The notes under the pieces were generated by a model. The model was not told where the DNA came from. It was given only the letters and a program-made list of their open reading frames with translations, and did no database searches. DNA of 60,368 nt, counting the filler, from Circinaria calcarea (lineage: Eukaryota): the NCBI GenBank assembly GCA_051942165.1. It is 4 parts of 4 records of this genome, joined end to end, with 100 filler letters (N's around TTAATTAATTAA, not from the genome) between each part and the next. Parts side by side here need not be neighbours in the genome. Positions count along the whole stretch, not along the records: positions 1 to 15,046 come from JAVECS010000391.1; 3 more parts are not named here. One strand, written 5' to 3'. The position numbers were made by a program, and so were the translations under genes. This document shows positions 1 to 13,852 of the stretch, in pieces; the first letter of the stretch is position 1; each line of letters begins with the position of its first letter.

Positions 1-280
1 GGATAGGATAGAGGAGGATAGAATGGAATAGGATAGGGTGGGATAGGTAAGAGAAACGGAGTCAGTGATACCGATTCAGGGTTTTGTGTGAGAATCTATT
101 TTCATTATATAAAGGAAGCTATATCAAATAGCTAGCTGATACATTCCATGGGCATAACGGGGGCATCAAGATATTCAAAAAAGAAACCGATAACCAAGTC
201 TATACGACATGGAAACGCCATCGAAAAGGGGGTATCGATCTCCCTGGAACTAACTACCATGGGCAAACAAGAAGCGAAAA

Positions 281-1544
281 CTAAGTTCGACTCCCCCAAG
301 TCCCCGGCCCCGTACTTTGCGAATCGCGCTTCTCCAAGTCCTCCTCGGAATCGCTGATGCGGCGACTTTGGTTCATGCGGCCGAGACAAGAGGTGAGGAT
401 GGGCCGGAGGGAAGGCAGGCAGGCTGTGAAAAGAGAAAAGTCAATGGATTTGAGCGTCCAAGTCAGGCGCGAGGAAATGAAACGCAGCAGGAAACATACC
501 TGATACAATACCCATGTTGACTTCGACTGCCGTCCATGTCGAGGAATCGTTGAAGAGCCAGGTAACATCGAGGGAAGAAGTGCCAAACAGTTGGGTGGTC
601 ATGATGACGAGACGGACAATGGAGATGATGCAGATACTTTGAACATGACACGTTAGCGGAACGGGCGGCTGAGGGCCAAAAGGAGGGATGGGGGGACGGA
701 CAAGCCACCCAGCAAAAAGACGCCGCAAAGAGCAATCTTTTGGGCGCGACTTTGCTGCAGCCGCCAGATGTAGGGGATGGGTAGGATGAGCAAGGCCCAG
801 TCTGTGACGATGTTGGGAACGGCATTGCCGACGAAGAAGGCGTAGACATCAACATTGCAGTTCGCGACTATCGGGTGGTCCCCGAAACGGTCCCAGAAAC
901 CCCGGACCGGACTGCATTGGAAAATGGTGGTCACAATCTATGTGCTTTCTGTCAATATTCCATCACCTAGAGAAAAGACGCCGCTACTTACAACTGATAT
1001 GCCCCAGCCGGTTACAATGGTTGCGAGAATAATTACCGGGATTCGGATATTGGCTTTGAAAATGCGCCAGTAGAACAGTAATATGGAGAATTTGGTAAAG
1101 CACAAAACCAACGTGTAGAATATTTCACACACAAACAAATTGATGAAAAAGTGCTTGACAGCCTCTGGTTGGACAAGTGCCAAGTGCGTTCCAACTCCGC
1201 GATGTGCCCCTAGTGATTCTTGAGCTGGTGCCGTGTAGAATTCACAACCGATAACATACATATAATCATATCCACAAAGTTTGCCGTGGCCATGATCTTT
1301 TGGCAAGATTAGCAATATCCCTTGGAACGCAGATTATGGGAATCGCGGTAAAGAGCCCGCTTCATACCAATGAAAAGAAAATGGCATAATCATCCCACCA
1401 TAGCCCGGCTTTGGATAAGCGTTTTCGAGAGACCACCCGGAGACATATCGCTATCACAGCAAGAAGATATGTTGAAGTGTAGGCGCCGTAGAGTCGTGGC
1501 TGTTGCGATTCGGAGAGATTGACATTGCCCGTTGCGGACGACAT
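281..1544 (-). CDS. Pth11-like fungal rhodopsin-domain integral membrane protein (multi-exon)
   Basis: Spliced fragments give MSSATG...CLRVVSRKRLSKAGLWWDD, FYTLVLCFTKFSILLFYWRIF, FQCSPVRGFWD, NIVTDWALLILPIPYIWRLQ and WTAVEVNMGIVS/ACLPSLRP, which are the diagnostic motifs of the family. Exon borders are approximate. Confidence 0.9.
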
Positions 1545-3119
1545 TGCAGCAGAGGCTGGGCCAGCAGGCAGAAACTCGAAATGGTAACAATTGCTTGAAA
1601 TGACACTCGACACAAAAAAGCAAGACGGCCGCGGGGTCCCGTTATGAATAGCGAAACCGTCAATATGAGGGTTTCCTCGACGCGCATAACAGCCTGTTGG
1701 TTCGGCTGAGAAAGGAAAGGTATATTATGCCATCCCCCCGTATCTTATCCCATATCCGTACGTTCATTTCCGATCGTTATGGAGAAGCGCATCATCCGAT
1801 CAAGAGAAAAGCTTATTCAGGGCTGACTGCAGGGGATGTAGGTAAGTAATTTCGAACTTGGGACTCGGCATCTTGTCGATGCAGCTACCGTGTCGTGCAT
1901 ATATGTGTGTGGACCGGCCCAGCCATCAGGTCTTGAGAGTGCGCACACTCGTTTCCACGACGCTGCTCCATCCGGACTAGAAAAGTGCATAGTAAGCTTC
2001 TGGTCCAAACATGTATAATTACTACTCCCCGTTCATATCGGACTAAGTCGAGAGATTCGCATCTCCCGAGAGATTGGCCTGTCCCACCACACCCACATCG
2101 TTGGCCCTCTCGCTGGTAGCAGCGAGTCACCTTGGCATTGCCGATCAGCTCGAAAGGACCATGCTCATTGGCCGTAAATCACAGCGGCTGGCCCCCTTCC
2201 CCTTCTCTTACCTTTCGGAAAGGGCGTGAGTGAGATCCTTGGGTCTGCCGTGGCGGGTAAAGCTTAGATGATGGATGATGATGATGCTATCTTTGCGGGA
2301 GCATCCGTGATAACCCATGCTCCGTGTCTGTCATAACAGCGCCCATGACCGTCCTCCACCAATAACCACCACCACCCCAGGAGCCCAGTAAGCGCAATGC
2401 TGAGTAGAAACATTGCCACAGAGACGTCGAGACACCTGATAGGCTGACATAGGCTGGGATGAGACGTGAGTTTTCCATTTATGCGCCTTTTGTACAACTG
2501 TTTTGATTTCGATTCCGACCCAGACAGACTGCCTCTCTGATGGCGAAAGGAGATTATCGATGGAGCGCATCGACGCTGTGAAACCGACCGCAGAATCATC
2601 TGCAGTCGACATCGGGTCGTTCCGGGCCTACATCGAGGGACCGTATGTAGGCCTGAGACTCCGGTTCATGCACAGGCGAACCAATTCCCACCCCGGGGAT
2701 GCTGCCTTTGGATGCCAGAAACGCGACCAGTATATTTAGTCGGCTGCCTTAGATCCAAGAGGCCCGTTATGTCCGGTCGGCTTGAGGCAGCTAACTCCTC
2801 CCGTTTGTTACCATGCTGCTCCTACCGCTGCTGTTGCTGCCGTTGCTGTACGAGGCGTGTCTGGCGGGGATCCCCACTGGCTGGGGAAAGTCCTCACTAA
2901 TCCCGAGTCCGGGACTTGGGCAGCGTAAGCCATTCACCGTTTTATAATAATGTTCCCGTCACTGCCAATGGGGGATTGTCATTGACTTCCCTCGGCTCCC
3001 CTTTCTTCTGTTACCCTTCGCACTCTTACCTCCCGTGCAATCTTCCCCCCCCCCCCTTTCGGGGGCTGAGAATAACCCCTTTTACAGTCACTCCTTCTAC
3101 CGTACAAAACAAACGCTTC

Positions 3120-3991
3120 ATGGCACAAACCAGGAAACCAACCATTCTCTTGGTGGCGGGGGCCTGGCTGCGTCCTGCCACCTACGAACCCTTTCTCAAC
3201 CTCTTCAAAGAGGCTGGCTATTCCACGCTCAGCGTGTCGTATCCATCTTTCAACCCCACCGACCCTCACAAAACCGACGTTGCGGCCGATTCCCGCTCGA
3301 TTCGGGAAAACGTGTTGCACCCTCTGGTGGAGGAAGATGGAAAAGAAGTGGTCATCATCATGCATTCCTACGGTGGAATGCCCGGGAGTGTGGCCGCCAA
3401 AGGGCTAGGAGAGAAGCAGCGTCGGAAAGAGGGAAAGCTTGGAGGAGTCCTGGGCCTTATCTTCATCACGGCGTTTGTGATCCAGGAAGGGGCGAGCGTG
3501 GCCGACGGACAAGGGGGAAACTTGCCCCCTTGGGTCAAAGTCGACGACGTAAGTCTCCCGGTCTTTCCACACTCTGTCCAGCTAACGAGACCTCCCAATC
3601 ATAGCCCCGCCCTGGTTTCAGCCTGCCTATGGATCCCGTTCATTTCCTCTCCGCCGACATCGCGCCGGCGGTAGCCAAGAAGAACGCGGCCAACCTAGAA
3701 CCACATGCTACCCTCGCCTTCAAATCGCCCTCACCAGCACCAGCGTGGGCAGATCCTGACTTTGAGGGACGTTTGGCTTACATTGTGTGTACGGAAGACG
3801 AGGCGATCGTAAAAGCAGGGCAGGAAGCAATGATGCAATATTCCGGGCAACATTTCATGGTCAAAGAGTTGCAAGGAAGTCATATGGCTCCCTTCCTGCT
3901 AAAATCTCGTCAGACTGCCGAAATGGTGACGGGCTTTATCAAATCGTTCCGGCAAGCTGACGATGGAGTCCCGGGCCCCAGGCATGCATAA
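3120..3991 (+). CDS. alpha/beta hydrolase (methylesterase-like), intron 3549-3604
   Basis: ILLVAGAW start, nucleophile elbow HSYGG, YIVCTEDEAI acid residue and GSHMAPFL His. The GTAAGT...TAG intron joins the two ORFs in frame. Confidence 0.9.
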
Positions 3992-5640
3992 GGGTTCGCC
4001 ACCGTCAAGGATGGGAGAATCCACATGGGGTTTACCAGCGTCGTGAAATTGTATATAGGGACTTTGATTGTACAATCAGTCAAACAAATACAATTGACAT
4101 CCTACTTAATTTTCTCTACAAACAAACCAAAAAACAAACCGCATGTCGCTTTTCTGCACCGGAAACCCCGGGAGAATATACCGCTTGATAAGCTAGATCA
4201 GATGGGAAAACCCACAAGTCCCCCCTGTGGCATAAAACACCGAGCATCACCGTAGTAAACCGTAGCTGCATGAGGGTCCACTCAACCGCACCACCCACCT
4301 CTTGCCACTCCCGACTTGCCTGTGCCTAGGTAACCCCTTGGAATCCCCTCGTACCAGCAGCACTCCTGCATGATCTTCTCTATGGGGAAAGCTGGATCGA
4401 AAACTGTGAGTCCCTCGTTGTATATTTTACTAAATTCCCGAAGGGAGTCTTTGGTTTATTTGGAGCGACAAGCCGATTTGGGAGATGATGATGATGCTGC
4501 GGGCGAAGTCTGAGGGAGGAGTTTCATTCCATCACTTTCGGAAAACCAATACGAAAACTTTTCTTTGATTACTCTCGAAAAGCTACGGGGAGCATGGTGG
4601 TGGTGGTGAGTGAGTGACGGGGAAAGCATGCGGCAGGGGGGAGGAAAAAGGAAGGGGGAATTCCGGCAACCAAAGTAGAAAAGAATGTTCCCCCCTTTAT
4701 TTTCGTGGGAGATTCGTGGGGAAGTTTGGTCTTACCATATAGCCGCGTATTCGATTCTGTACAACCAACCTTACGCCCTTTTTTCCTTTCCGCTTCCTTC
4801 TCTTGCCATAGCTCTCATCACAACAATTGCAAAAATGTCCCCGCCCCCGGAAACCTTTATGTAGACTCTCGTATACCTAGGGTAGGTACCTCCTAGGTAG
4901 CCAGTGGCCTCCCTGGCTTGGTTGTACAAGGTGTCCCGACGGTTGGATCTTTCTCTTGGACCGCGCTAGAGAATGGGAGATGAGGAATAGGGGAGGGGTT
5001 ATGGATCTATGCCCCAAGTTAGGCTTCGAGCACATCCAAAGATACCCTCGCTGCAATCTTCCCAGCGCTCATGACCAAGATCCGCCGGAACAATAATCAT
5101 CTGCGTATGTACATTCCCCAATCCGAGCCGGCGCAGGGTGTGTTTTCAGTGACAGGATTTCGGGAACGTGCAAACAAAACAGCAACTTTCTTCCCGGGAA
5201 GAAATCTTAAATAGGGGGTCCATATACGTCAGGAAGACTGTTGAGCTAGACAGGGCACCTAATTCCATAGCCGGGCCATATGGAAGGCATATAAATGGTT
5301 TATATCTAATAACTGGCAAAGGTCCCCTCTATATACACAAGTACTTCCCTCCTATACCGAAGATCACCGCACCGAGATAGTTGAGTGATCTCGTCGGGGC
5401 CCGAAAACGCCTGGGGTATGTTGAATGCAATGACCAATGCCTCTAGCAACGCCGACGCTATGCTACATGCCACATATTTATGTCCCGCTATCTCTATATG
5501 TTGAAAATGTAAATGTTGAGAAAGTGTGATGGTGCAAGGAGTGGTGAGAAGATGAATGGTCTGTTGAAGACGCACGTTGATAGCGTGAGTAAATCAGGAG
5601 CCGGATAGACAGTTGCTCAGAAGTCGAACACAGTCGCAGT

Positions 5641-7738
5641 CTATGAGGTGGAAATACCATTCGTCTGTGGAATTGCAGTGTCGTTGGTTTGTGGATGGCC
5701 TTTGGCACTGTCGCCGTTTGTGATCAAGTTATTCTCGATGCCCATGTCCATGTCTGCTACTTCGAGTCCATCGAAAAGCGCAAACACCCCATGGGTTTGA
5801 TGAAAGTCATTGTGGACTGAGAGTCATTGTTAGTTTGTCTTGTGCAGGGAACTATGTTGAAACGAGACCAATTACTTACCAATATTCACCAAGTACCAAT
5901 TCTCCATGATATCGTTTATCAGATGCCTACTGGGACTGGCAATCGAGTGACACCTTGCCCAGTCCGAACCCAAGCGGAAAGCTTCGTCCTTCCACGCCAA
6001 GAAGCTGACAGTCTCCACGATGGTCGGTTGGACAATCTCCTTTCCTGGAAACACTCCCCAAGTTACGGCGTTGGGTCCATCATTGGGAGCATTGGTCTTG
6101 AGATTACCGGCCTTGTTAACGGCATAATAGGTGATATCTTCGTTCTTCGATGTACGGCGGATAAGCTCATCAATCAAGCTTGGAGAGACCAGTAGTTCCA
6201 GGTATGCTTTCTGGTAAACATAGCCACCATGAGGTCCCCAGCCATAAACCGGATGCGAAGACTTCACGCCGTTCACGGACGGTTGGGAGTTAATTGTAAG
6301 AAAGCCCCGGCTGTTCAGGTCTAGGAGTTCTGTCTTTATTGAGTCTGCCTCATTGGAAATGGGTGATTCACTCCAGGGTAGACTTTGAATTTCGTTCTTG
6401 AGAAAACGTACGAAGATGTTAGCAATATCCCTTAGCGAACGAGGCTGTCCCCATAACTTGATGTTTTGCTCGTTGGTCCCCTTCAGTCCGATACCGTAGG
6501 CATCGAGTTCGCCAAAGGCAGGTGATCGAGAATCTCCCCACCGCCCGTTCGGGAATTCGTCCCAATCTTGTGTCCGAGTAATGTACGACTTGTTGCGGTT
6601 TTTCCAGAATATGGGACGAACATCCTCCTCCCTGCGGTTGAGGCCAAGGGATTGTCGCCAAGGCAATGCCTTCTTCGTAGGCGTTCCATCGGATGAGGTA
6701 AGCCCAAGCTCTTCCAAGATCATACGGGTAGCCTGAGCAAGGTTCATTGTGTAGCTACATGATGTTAGCAAAAGATCTACCAAGTGGAGGAAGCTAGACA
6801 CCTACAAATGCAAATGCATAATGCCAGCATTGATAATTCTCCGGCACATCTCCGCCACCAGCCCCTTACCAACATCCCTAACAGCGGCATCGTCATTCTT
6901 TACAGGTTCTAATGCGTCCAACCAGTTCTGAGGAATATGACAATTCGACCACTTTGCCCGCCTCAAAAACGCTGCATGCGTCTGTATGGGCATGATCCCG
7001 GGAACGATAGGTACTTTGATACCACGAGCACGAACTTTGTCTACCCATGCTAGGAAAATGTCAACATCGTAGAACATCTGCGTAACGATGAATGTCCCCC
7101 CCGCATCGACTTTTTCCTTAAGATGGTCCAGGAGGATTTCTGGGTCTTGCTGGTCCTCGGCTCCTTCAGGATAGCCGGCCACACCGATATCAAAGTGATC
7201 CCCATACTCTTGCTTTATGTATTTGACCAAGTCCTTGGCATAATGAAACCCTCCTTGAACAGCTTCCCACTTCTCTTTTTCCCGAGGAGGATCCCCACGA
7301 AGGGCTAGTATGTTTGTACAGCCCGCCTTGTAAGCCTCTTTCAGTGCACCGTCGACCTTTTCTTTCTTCATATCCGTACAAGTAAGATGCATGCAGGTTT
7401 CTAACCCATAGAGTGTCTGTGCGACATTCACCATTTCGCAGGTAAGATGGGATAGCTGGCCGCCAGCACCCCAGGTAACATCTATAAAGGATGGCCCAAG
7501 ATCGTGCATGCGATCCATGCCTTGTGACAATCAGTGAGATGTAAGGGATTTGGGGGGGTAGATTGCATACGATCATAGAGATTTTGCACTCCCTATCCTT
7601 AGAGGTTAGCATCCCATGAATCGTATATGTACTATGACTGAGACGACTCACCTGTGCAGTTTTAGGAGGGAAGAATTCGAATGAGAACATGGGCTTCCCC
7701 GTCCTTTCGGCCTCAGCCAGTTTGTCTTTGATATGCAT
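5641..7738 (-). CDS. MET13: methylenetetrahydrofolate reductase (MTHFR, Met13-like), multi-exon
   Basis: FSFEFFPPKT, FIDVTWGAGG, CMHLTCT, ALRGDPP, GVAGYPEG, TQMFYD and the regulatory domain WDEFPNGRWGDSRSPAFGEL. The last exon VHNDFH...ISTS ends with TAG at 5641-5643. Confidence 0.95.
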
Positions 7739-8599
7739 CGTGAAAGATAGTTGTTGGTCTAGCAGAGAGCCTGACACCTACGTATCAGCTGAAAGCTTAC
7801 CTGAACTACCTGTGTGCAAAGAGAAGAAGGGGGATTTGGATAGAGGTAAAAGTAGATGATTGCACAAGTCGACAGATTGGGCCGATTGATTTGTGAAGCA
7901 AACCTTCAGATAACCTTTCTTCTAGGATGTGAGCATCCAGCTTACCTTATGTTTGCACAGGGCAAAGCTCCGTAACAAGGACTATCTTAGAATCCTCCCA
8001 ATGAAAAAAAATGGTATTCCCACCTCTTTCTACGGCTTACTAGCCAAAGTACCGCTTCCGAGCCCACCTATCTACCTGCTGTCGCAACATATACCACGGT
8101 ATTATGTCTTGATGATTGAGGAGAGTGGTGAGATTCTTCTGCGCTTTTCGGACGACTAGCTGCACCTAGATTTTCAACGCTTTAGTGACTTGCTGCAGCA
8201 ATCCTGCAGTAATCCTGCAGTAGGGTCGGCTAGGTCGCCGCACGTTGCCCACGTCTTACGCTGGAGTGGTGGTATCCAAGTCAACTACTCCGTAGGTAGA
8301 TGGCTTTCCTTCCAGAGAAGAATATGTTTAGAGTTGAATAGCGACGTATGTAAGCAATTAGTCTGCTAACAAGTCAATACTTCATATGTGATAGAAAATG
8401 AACCTAATCCGTGCCCTAATCAGTCAGATTTCGTCATTGATTGGTCCATGCGCACTGAGGGCTGGTCTCCGCTTACACCTGTGACAATCGACGATTATCG
8501 ATATGATACTGTCTTCGCTTTATATACTCGACTCAATGCTCGACTCACAGCTTCATCAAACTCACCAATCTTCATAGCCCGCCCAACAAGTCCTCCGAA

Positions 8600-9340
8600 A
8601 TGGAACTTTCATCCCACACCCCCCTCAGCACATCTACCTCAACCCTCCCCGCCTACAAGTCCGCCTTCCTCCAAACCTGCCTCACCTCATCCGTTCTCAA
8701 ATTCGGCACCTTTACTCTCAAATCCGGCCGGCAATCCCCCTACTTCTTCAATGCCGGCCTCTTCCACTGTGCCTCCCTGCTGCGCGCCCTCTCCACCGCC
8801 TACGCCCAAACCATCATCGCCCACGACCCGCCCCTCCAGTTCGATGTTCTCTTCGGCCCGGCGTACAAGGGAATACCTCTGGCCACGGCGGTGGTGGAGA
8901 AGCTGGCGGATTTGGATAATGAGAGGTTCGGGGATGTGAGTTATAGTTTCAATCGGAAAGAGGCGAAGGACCATGGGGAGGGAGGGATGATTGTGGGTGG
9001 GGAATTAAAAGGGAAGAGGGTGATGATCATTGATGATGTTGTGACCGCGGGGACGGCGAAGCGGGAGGCTATTGAGATCATCAAGAAAGAAGGTGGCGAG
9101 TTGGTCGGGATCATTGTGGCCCTGGACCGGATGGAAAAGATGCCTGCGGTAGAAGGGGAGATTGATGGTGATGGCAAGCCAGGCCCCAGCGCAATTGGCC
9201 AGATACGGAAAGAGTACGGTATTCCAGTGCTGAGTGTCATTACGTTAGAAGATCTGATTGAAGGCATGAAAACTATGGGACGAGAAGGAGATGCACTGAG
9301 ATGCGCCAGTTACAGGGATAAGTACAGGGCAAACGATTAA
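8600..9340 (+). CDS. URA5: orotate phosphoribosyltransferase
   Basis: [43 protein letters not shown] and the PRPP-binding motif [13 protein letters not shown]. Confidence 0.97.
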   Translation: MELSSHTPLSTSTSTLPAYKSAFLQTCLTSSVLKFGTFTLKSGRQSPYFFNAGLFHCASLLRALSTAYAQTIIAHDPPLQFDVLFGPAYKGIPLATAVVEKLADLDNERFGDVSYSFNRKEAKDHGEGGMIVGGELKGKRVMIIDDVVTAGTAKREAIEIIKKEGGELVGIIVALDRMEKMPAVEGEIDGDGKPGPSAIGQIRKEYGIPVLSVITLEDLIEGMKTMGREGDALRCASYRDKYRAND

Positions 9341-9551
9341 GTCAAGAATTTGTATGTAGCAGTAGATTCTGGACTGTCCAATGATACCCCTCGCATTTTC
9401 ACACGGTTGCAGATGTCTTCGGCGACTCTTTCCTCGTCGCTTTATGCACTTGTCATTTACTCCTAAAGCCATTACCTTCAGCCCACCGGGGATACGATGA
9501 ACCGACGGCAGATCGTCACACGTAAGGCGACGATGAACAAAGGAGCGCTTA

Positions 9552-11619
9552 CTACCTGCGCTGTGTCTTGCCCATCGACCTCTTGCCACTGAAAAGGTGC
9601 TTCGGCATAGCCGCAGGAACATGCCTATCCGCCTCCCCCTGTCTTGCCATCCGGTTCATTTTCTTCTGGCCTAGTTTGGACAGCCTATCAGCTTTACTTC
9701 GAGCCGTGAGACTGGTTACTCCGTCCTCCCTCCTGTTACTTTGACTCCTCGCTCTACTCTTTGCTCTCAAGCCATCTCCTGTACTATCCGGGATATCAAC
9801 GTCCATTGCATCCTCTGTACCTGTCCGACTCCGCAATGCACTACGGCCCCTCGATTGAGACCTCGCACGCGCAGATATGTTGGTCGTGTCGAAACCCAAG
9901 CGATCTAATTGATCTTCCATTGTTGAAAGTTTCTTCCGTACCGCTGTTCGAGGAATCATTGCCTTGTTTTTCAACGACTTCTTCATCTTCGCCTCGTTCC
10001 GAATGAGTTGACGCTTTTCTCGGATAAGCTCCGCCTTCATTCGAATATCGGCTTCGTCGGCGTCTTCAATACTGTTGTCTGATTGATAATACCCTTCGGC
10101 CTCTAGTTTCTCCTCCTCTTCTTCAAGCGCAGCGAGTTTGATCTCGATGTCAGGGTCTATGAAGTCATACACGTTCTTTCCATCAAAGACTTCAGGTACT
10201 CTGTCGTGTTTCCAATCATCGCTTTCTAATAAATAGTTTTCTTTAAGATCGACATTAAACACACCGGCTCCGCCCTCCTGCTCTTCAATTTCTCTGGCCA
10301 AACGGGGTCGATCAGGGTCGTCTTTGTTGAATTTTTTGAGGTTTTTGACAGCTTCGGGTATGTAGGTCTCCCTTAGAACGCCACCTAGTGGCTGCGCCAC
10401 ATGTATACGTGCGAGAACGTCCCCCAACCTGCCACCGATAGTGCCTGCATTGTTTGAACCAGTCTTTAGCTTCTGTGCCACCCTGTCCGCAATCAACCGT
10501 TCACAAGCAGCGTTCTTGACCTCGGTCACCCCTTCGGTGGTCGTGCAGGAAAGCTGTAGGAGTTCTACATCTCCAGGTCTAAGAATCGATTCCAGTTTGT
10601 CCTTCGTCTCTGGGTCTAGGTCTTCGGGCCGCATGATATCGATCTTATTGATGACCACAAATACGAGCTTGTTGGAAAAGAGGGGTTTGATACTTTGGAA
10701 AAGTTGTATCTGTGCCTGTACCGAGTAGCCACACCGCTCAGATAAGTCCATGAAGTACAGAATTGCAGAGCGTAAATGTGCTATTGCCGTGATAGACTGC
10801 ATCTCAATGGTGTTCATCTCTTCCAGTGGATGATCAAGGATGCCAGGAGTGTCAATCGCTTGAAATCGCAAGTACTTGTAATCGAAGTGTCCCACAAACA
10901 AGCTCTTGGTAGTAAACGCATAGGGTTGGACATCCACATCAGCCCTTGTGACGCTCCTCAAGAAGCTCGATTTTCCAACGTTAGGGTAGCCACATATGAG
11001 TAGGGTTCGGGTATTGGGGTCAATGGAAGGGAGGCGTCCAAGATGCTGCCGTACCTGCTCGAGGTATACCAGTGGATCCTTCAGCCTTCTGCAGATTGTC
11101 GCCATTCGCCCGAGGGCGGCTCGTTTAAGCTGCTTGCATTGGAACAAGGATTGCGCATATTTGAGGAGGCGGACGTAGTCACGGGACACCGTCTCGATCA
11201 GGTGCTTGGCAGTGGATAGCTGCCCAAGAGCAATCCGAAAGTGGTCTGCATCGTAGAGAGTATTGAGGAGATCCTTATCTATACGACCACAGGTCAGGCG
11301 GTTTCCCCGTGCATTCCTCCAGATATGAAGACTCACGAAACGGATGTATGTCTTGCAGGCGGGGGAAGCCTTCGAGGATGGCGGATAGCTTTTCCGTAAA
11401 GGTTTCCTGGGTGTACTTGACTTTGCGGGTGTAAAAGGCTGGCAGAAGTTTAGCTGTGTCTGTATGTTCTCGGGGGACTGATAGACTACCTCTGATCCGA
11501 CTGATCTGAAACCCCGATCTAATTTGGGTAGGGAGGCGGCGTTGCGTGCGACTCAGGACGATGTCGAGGAACTCCTGACTCGTCGGTACAGGTTGGATCT
11601 CCTTCCAGGTGGTCTTCAT
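9552..11619 (-). CDS. NOG1: nucleolar GTP-binding protein 1 (two introns near the 5' end)
   Basis: [25 protein letters not shown] (G1), DTPG (G3), NKID (G4) and the C-terminus [17 protein letters not shown]. Confidence 0.97.
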
Positions 11620-13307
11620 GCTGAGCTGGGGATATCTGAGATGTCGCGCTCCAGTGGACAGAGTACGGAGGTGGTTGACAGATGTCGACCCGAACTGAAA
11701 AGTTTTGTGGAGGAAACTTTTCCCGAATGCGGCACGACGATCACCCGTCGGGAGCGCTTGTGGGCCGAATTCCCAACCGAGAGAATTGAGACTGTGCCGC
11801 TTGGCTATCTGCGTCGACTACGGAGTCCTACATGTTTGTACCACCAACGGTAGGCAATCCGCAGTTCCGTCTTGTTTTCTTCACTCAAGTCTGCACTCAC
11901 GACTTCTTGCTTCTAATTGGTGATGGAAGACTACCTACATGCAGGTTAACCTACCAGGTATGTCGGGCTCTCTGCACTCTTCTCTCGTCCTCTCCCTGCA
12001 TCTGCTTAAGCCCTTCAATACCAACCACCCGTCTTTGAGTCCTGTCGTTATCTTATACTAGTCTGTCTCTCGGTCAATGTTTACAATGGGGCTTGCAAAG
12101 TACATCTATGACAGAATCCATTCTTGTTAGACCAAGCTATGTCGGTCTATTGTTGTGTCAGGATGAAAGGCCTTTACGTAATGAGTTGAGATGCGATTGT
12201 ACAGCTCTGTTTCCGCTGTTTATTTTCCGAGTCCTGACGGAACTCTGCATGCTCTTCCTTGAGGGTTCAGCTGATGACTAAATTGAGTGTAGGAGTGATT
12301 GGTGAAACTTGCACCGCTCCTATGCATGTGCTCCTCGGTATGTTCCGGAATAATCACAGTCTCCTCTCGCATCATCATAGCATACGCGGGCGGGGAAAAG
12401 TGATCATGCGCCGTTCGAACAGTATTACTACTGCGTCACTGCCTGCATGAGATACTTGGGTCAATTGTGTGTGCATGGGGAACTAGGATGGCCACTGATA
12501 TGACATCCCAATGGATTTTTCAGAAAGCAAGAAACGACCATTCCTCGGTGTTCCGTGTCGTTACGGTCCGGGAGCTGTGAAAGCCGAACCCATGGACTGA
12601 TAACTGAGACCAGGATCATGCCTACGCACACAAGCCGTTGAAGCTGCCGATGAGGGAGGCTCAAACGTGATCTTCGATCGATATATCCATGAACAAGGCT
12701 GCGGCTCTTGTACATGCTACCCGATATCTGCGAGGAGCGCAGGGCCATGGATCTCGCGTAAGTAGCTTGGGATAGGCCTTCCCAACCCTGTTAGTTAGGA
12801 TGAAAGCAGAAATAATATCCACCGTGCCAATCTCTGACGCGTCGGAGTGCTGATAGAGCTTCCATGGATCTGACCAAGATTTTCCATCAGGTACATCCAT
12901 CTCAGCCAATCTGGAGTAGCACGCATGTACCCGTATTCGAAGCCAGCATCAGGGTCCTATTATTCCCATGCGTAATGGTGTCTATCCGTCATCAAAGTGC
13001 TTGTCAATGTGATTAGCTTGTAAGAACTGTAACACCGCATTACCATTACAAAGCGTGTTATCCCTACTGGGGAGCTTAATCCTTAGCCCCGATTCGCTTA
13101 GCAGTACCATAGTGGGCGAGGGCAGAGCTCCGAACCCAAAAGTTGGCTTCCGTTTAATTCCCTTGATAGCTGAACTCACGACAGATATATATATTCGACA
13201 CATTCCACAGCCATGGCCGACCTCCAGCTGCACCTCTGCGGCCCTCTGTCATTCCTCGACAAAACCCCAATTCCTCCCTACATCCACCATCCAACACCAC
13301 ACCCAAC

Positions 13308-13852
13308 ATGGCACCTTCCTACATAACCCGCGAGCGTCTGTCAAACCTGATCCTCCAATCGCACCCTTCACTGGCCGTCATTGACGTCAGGGACGATGAC
13401 CACGTTGGCGGACATATCTTAACTTCGACCAATGTCCCCTCTTCAACCCTTGACTACAAAATGCCGGAGCTGGTGAGGAAGCTGACGGATAAGGAAATCG
13501 TCGTCTTTCACTGTGCATTGAGCCAGCAGAGAGGCCCGAAAGCGGCGATGAGGTATGATGGGGAGAGGAAGAAGATGTTGCAGAGGATGAGAGGAAGGAA
13601 TACTAGGGGTATGGGAGGAAAACAGGGGCAAGAGGAGGCTGGGGGAGAGGAGGCCATACAGGAACAGCAGATTTATATCTTGGACGGAGGCTTTTTGAAA
13701 TGGCAGGAACTGTAAGTTTGGCCAGGGGATATGCTCCCGACTCACACAACCGAAGGTTGGGCACATGGCTTATGTTGGTATCACCCAGGTACGGGAGGGA
13801 TCCAAGGTTAACGGAGAATTTCGCAGAGGACATCTGGGTGGATTACTATTGA
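13308..13852 (+). CDS. Cdc25-like rhodanese phosphatase / arsenate reductase (Ibp1/Ych1 family), intron about 13712-13788
   Basis: IDVRDDDHVGGHI, active site FHCALSQQRGP (HCX5R), ILDGGFLKWQEL, then spliced YGRDPRLTENF...YY and stop. Confidence 0.9.

Noticed and set aside
4280..4600. Minus-strand coding-like fragment (KDSLREFSKIYNEGLTVFDPAFPIEKIMQECCWYEG)
   Set aside because: Short, interrupted by a stop, and without a recognisable family or consistent splice model.
4874..4899. TACCTAGG...CCTAGGTA hairpin as a structured RNA
   Set aside because: Short, and made of the TACCTA/TAGGTA low-complexity words common in ascomycete intergenic DNA.
8388..8939. 183-aa Pro/Ser-rich ORF overlapping URA5, and similar shadow ORFs over the GC-rich genes
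   Set aside because: Alternative-frame by-products of the C/G-biased codon usage of the real genes.
12460..13233. Same-frame minus-strand ORFs 12982-13233 and 12661-12909 as a pseudogene
   Set aside because: No recognisable motif and several stops; compatible with chance in intergenic DNA.
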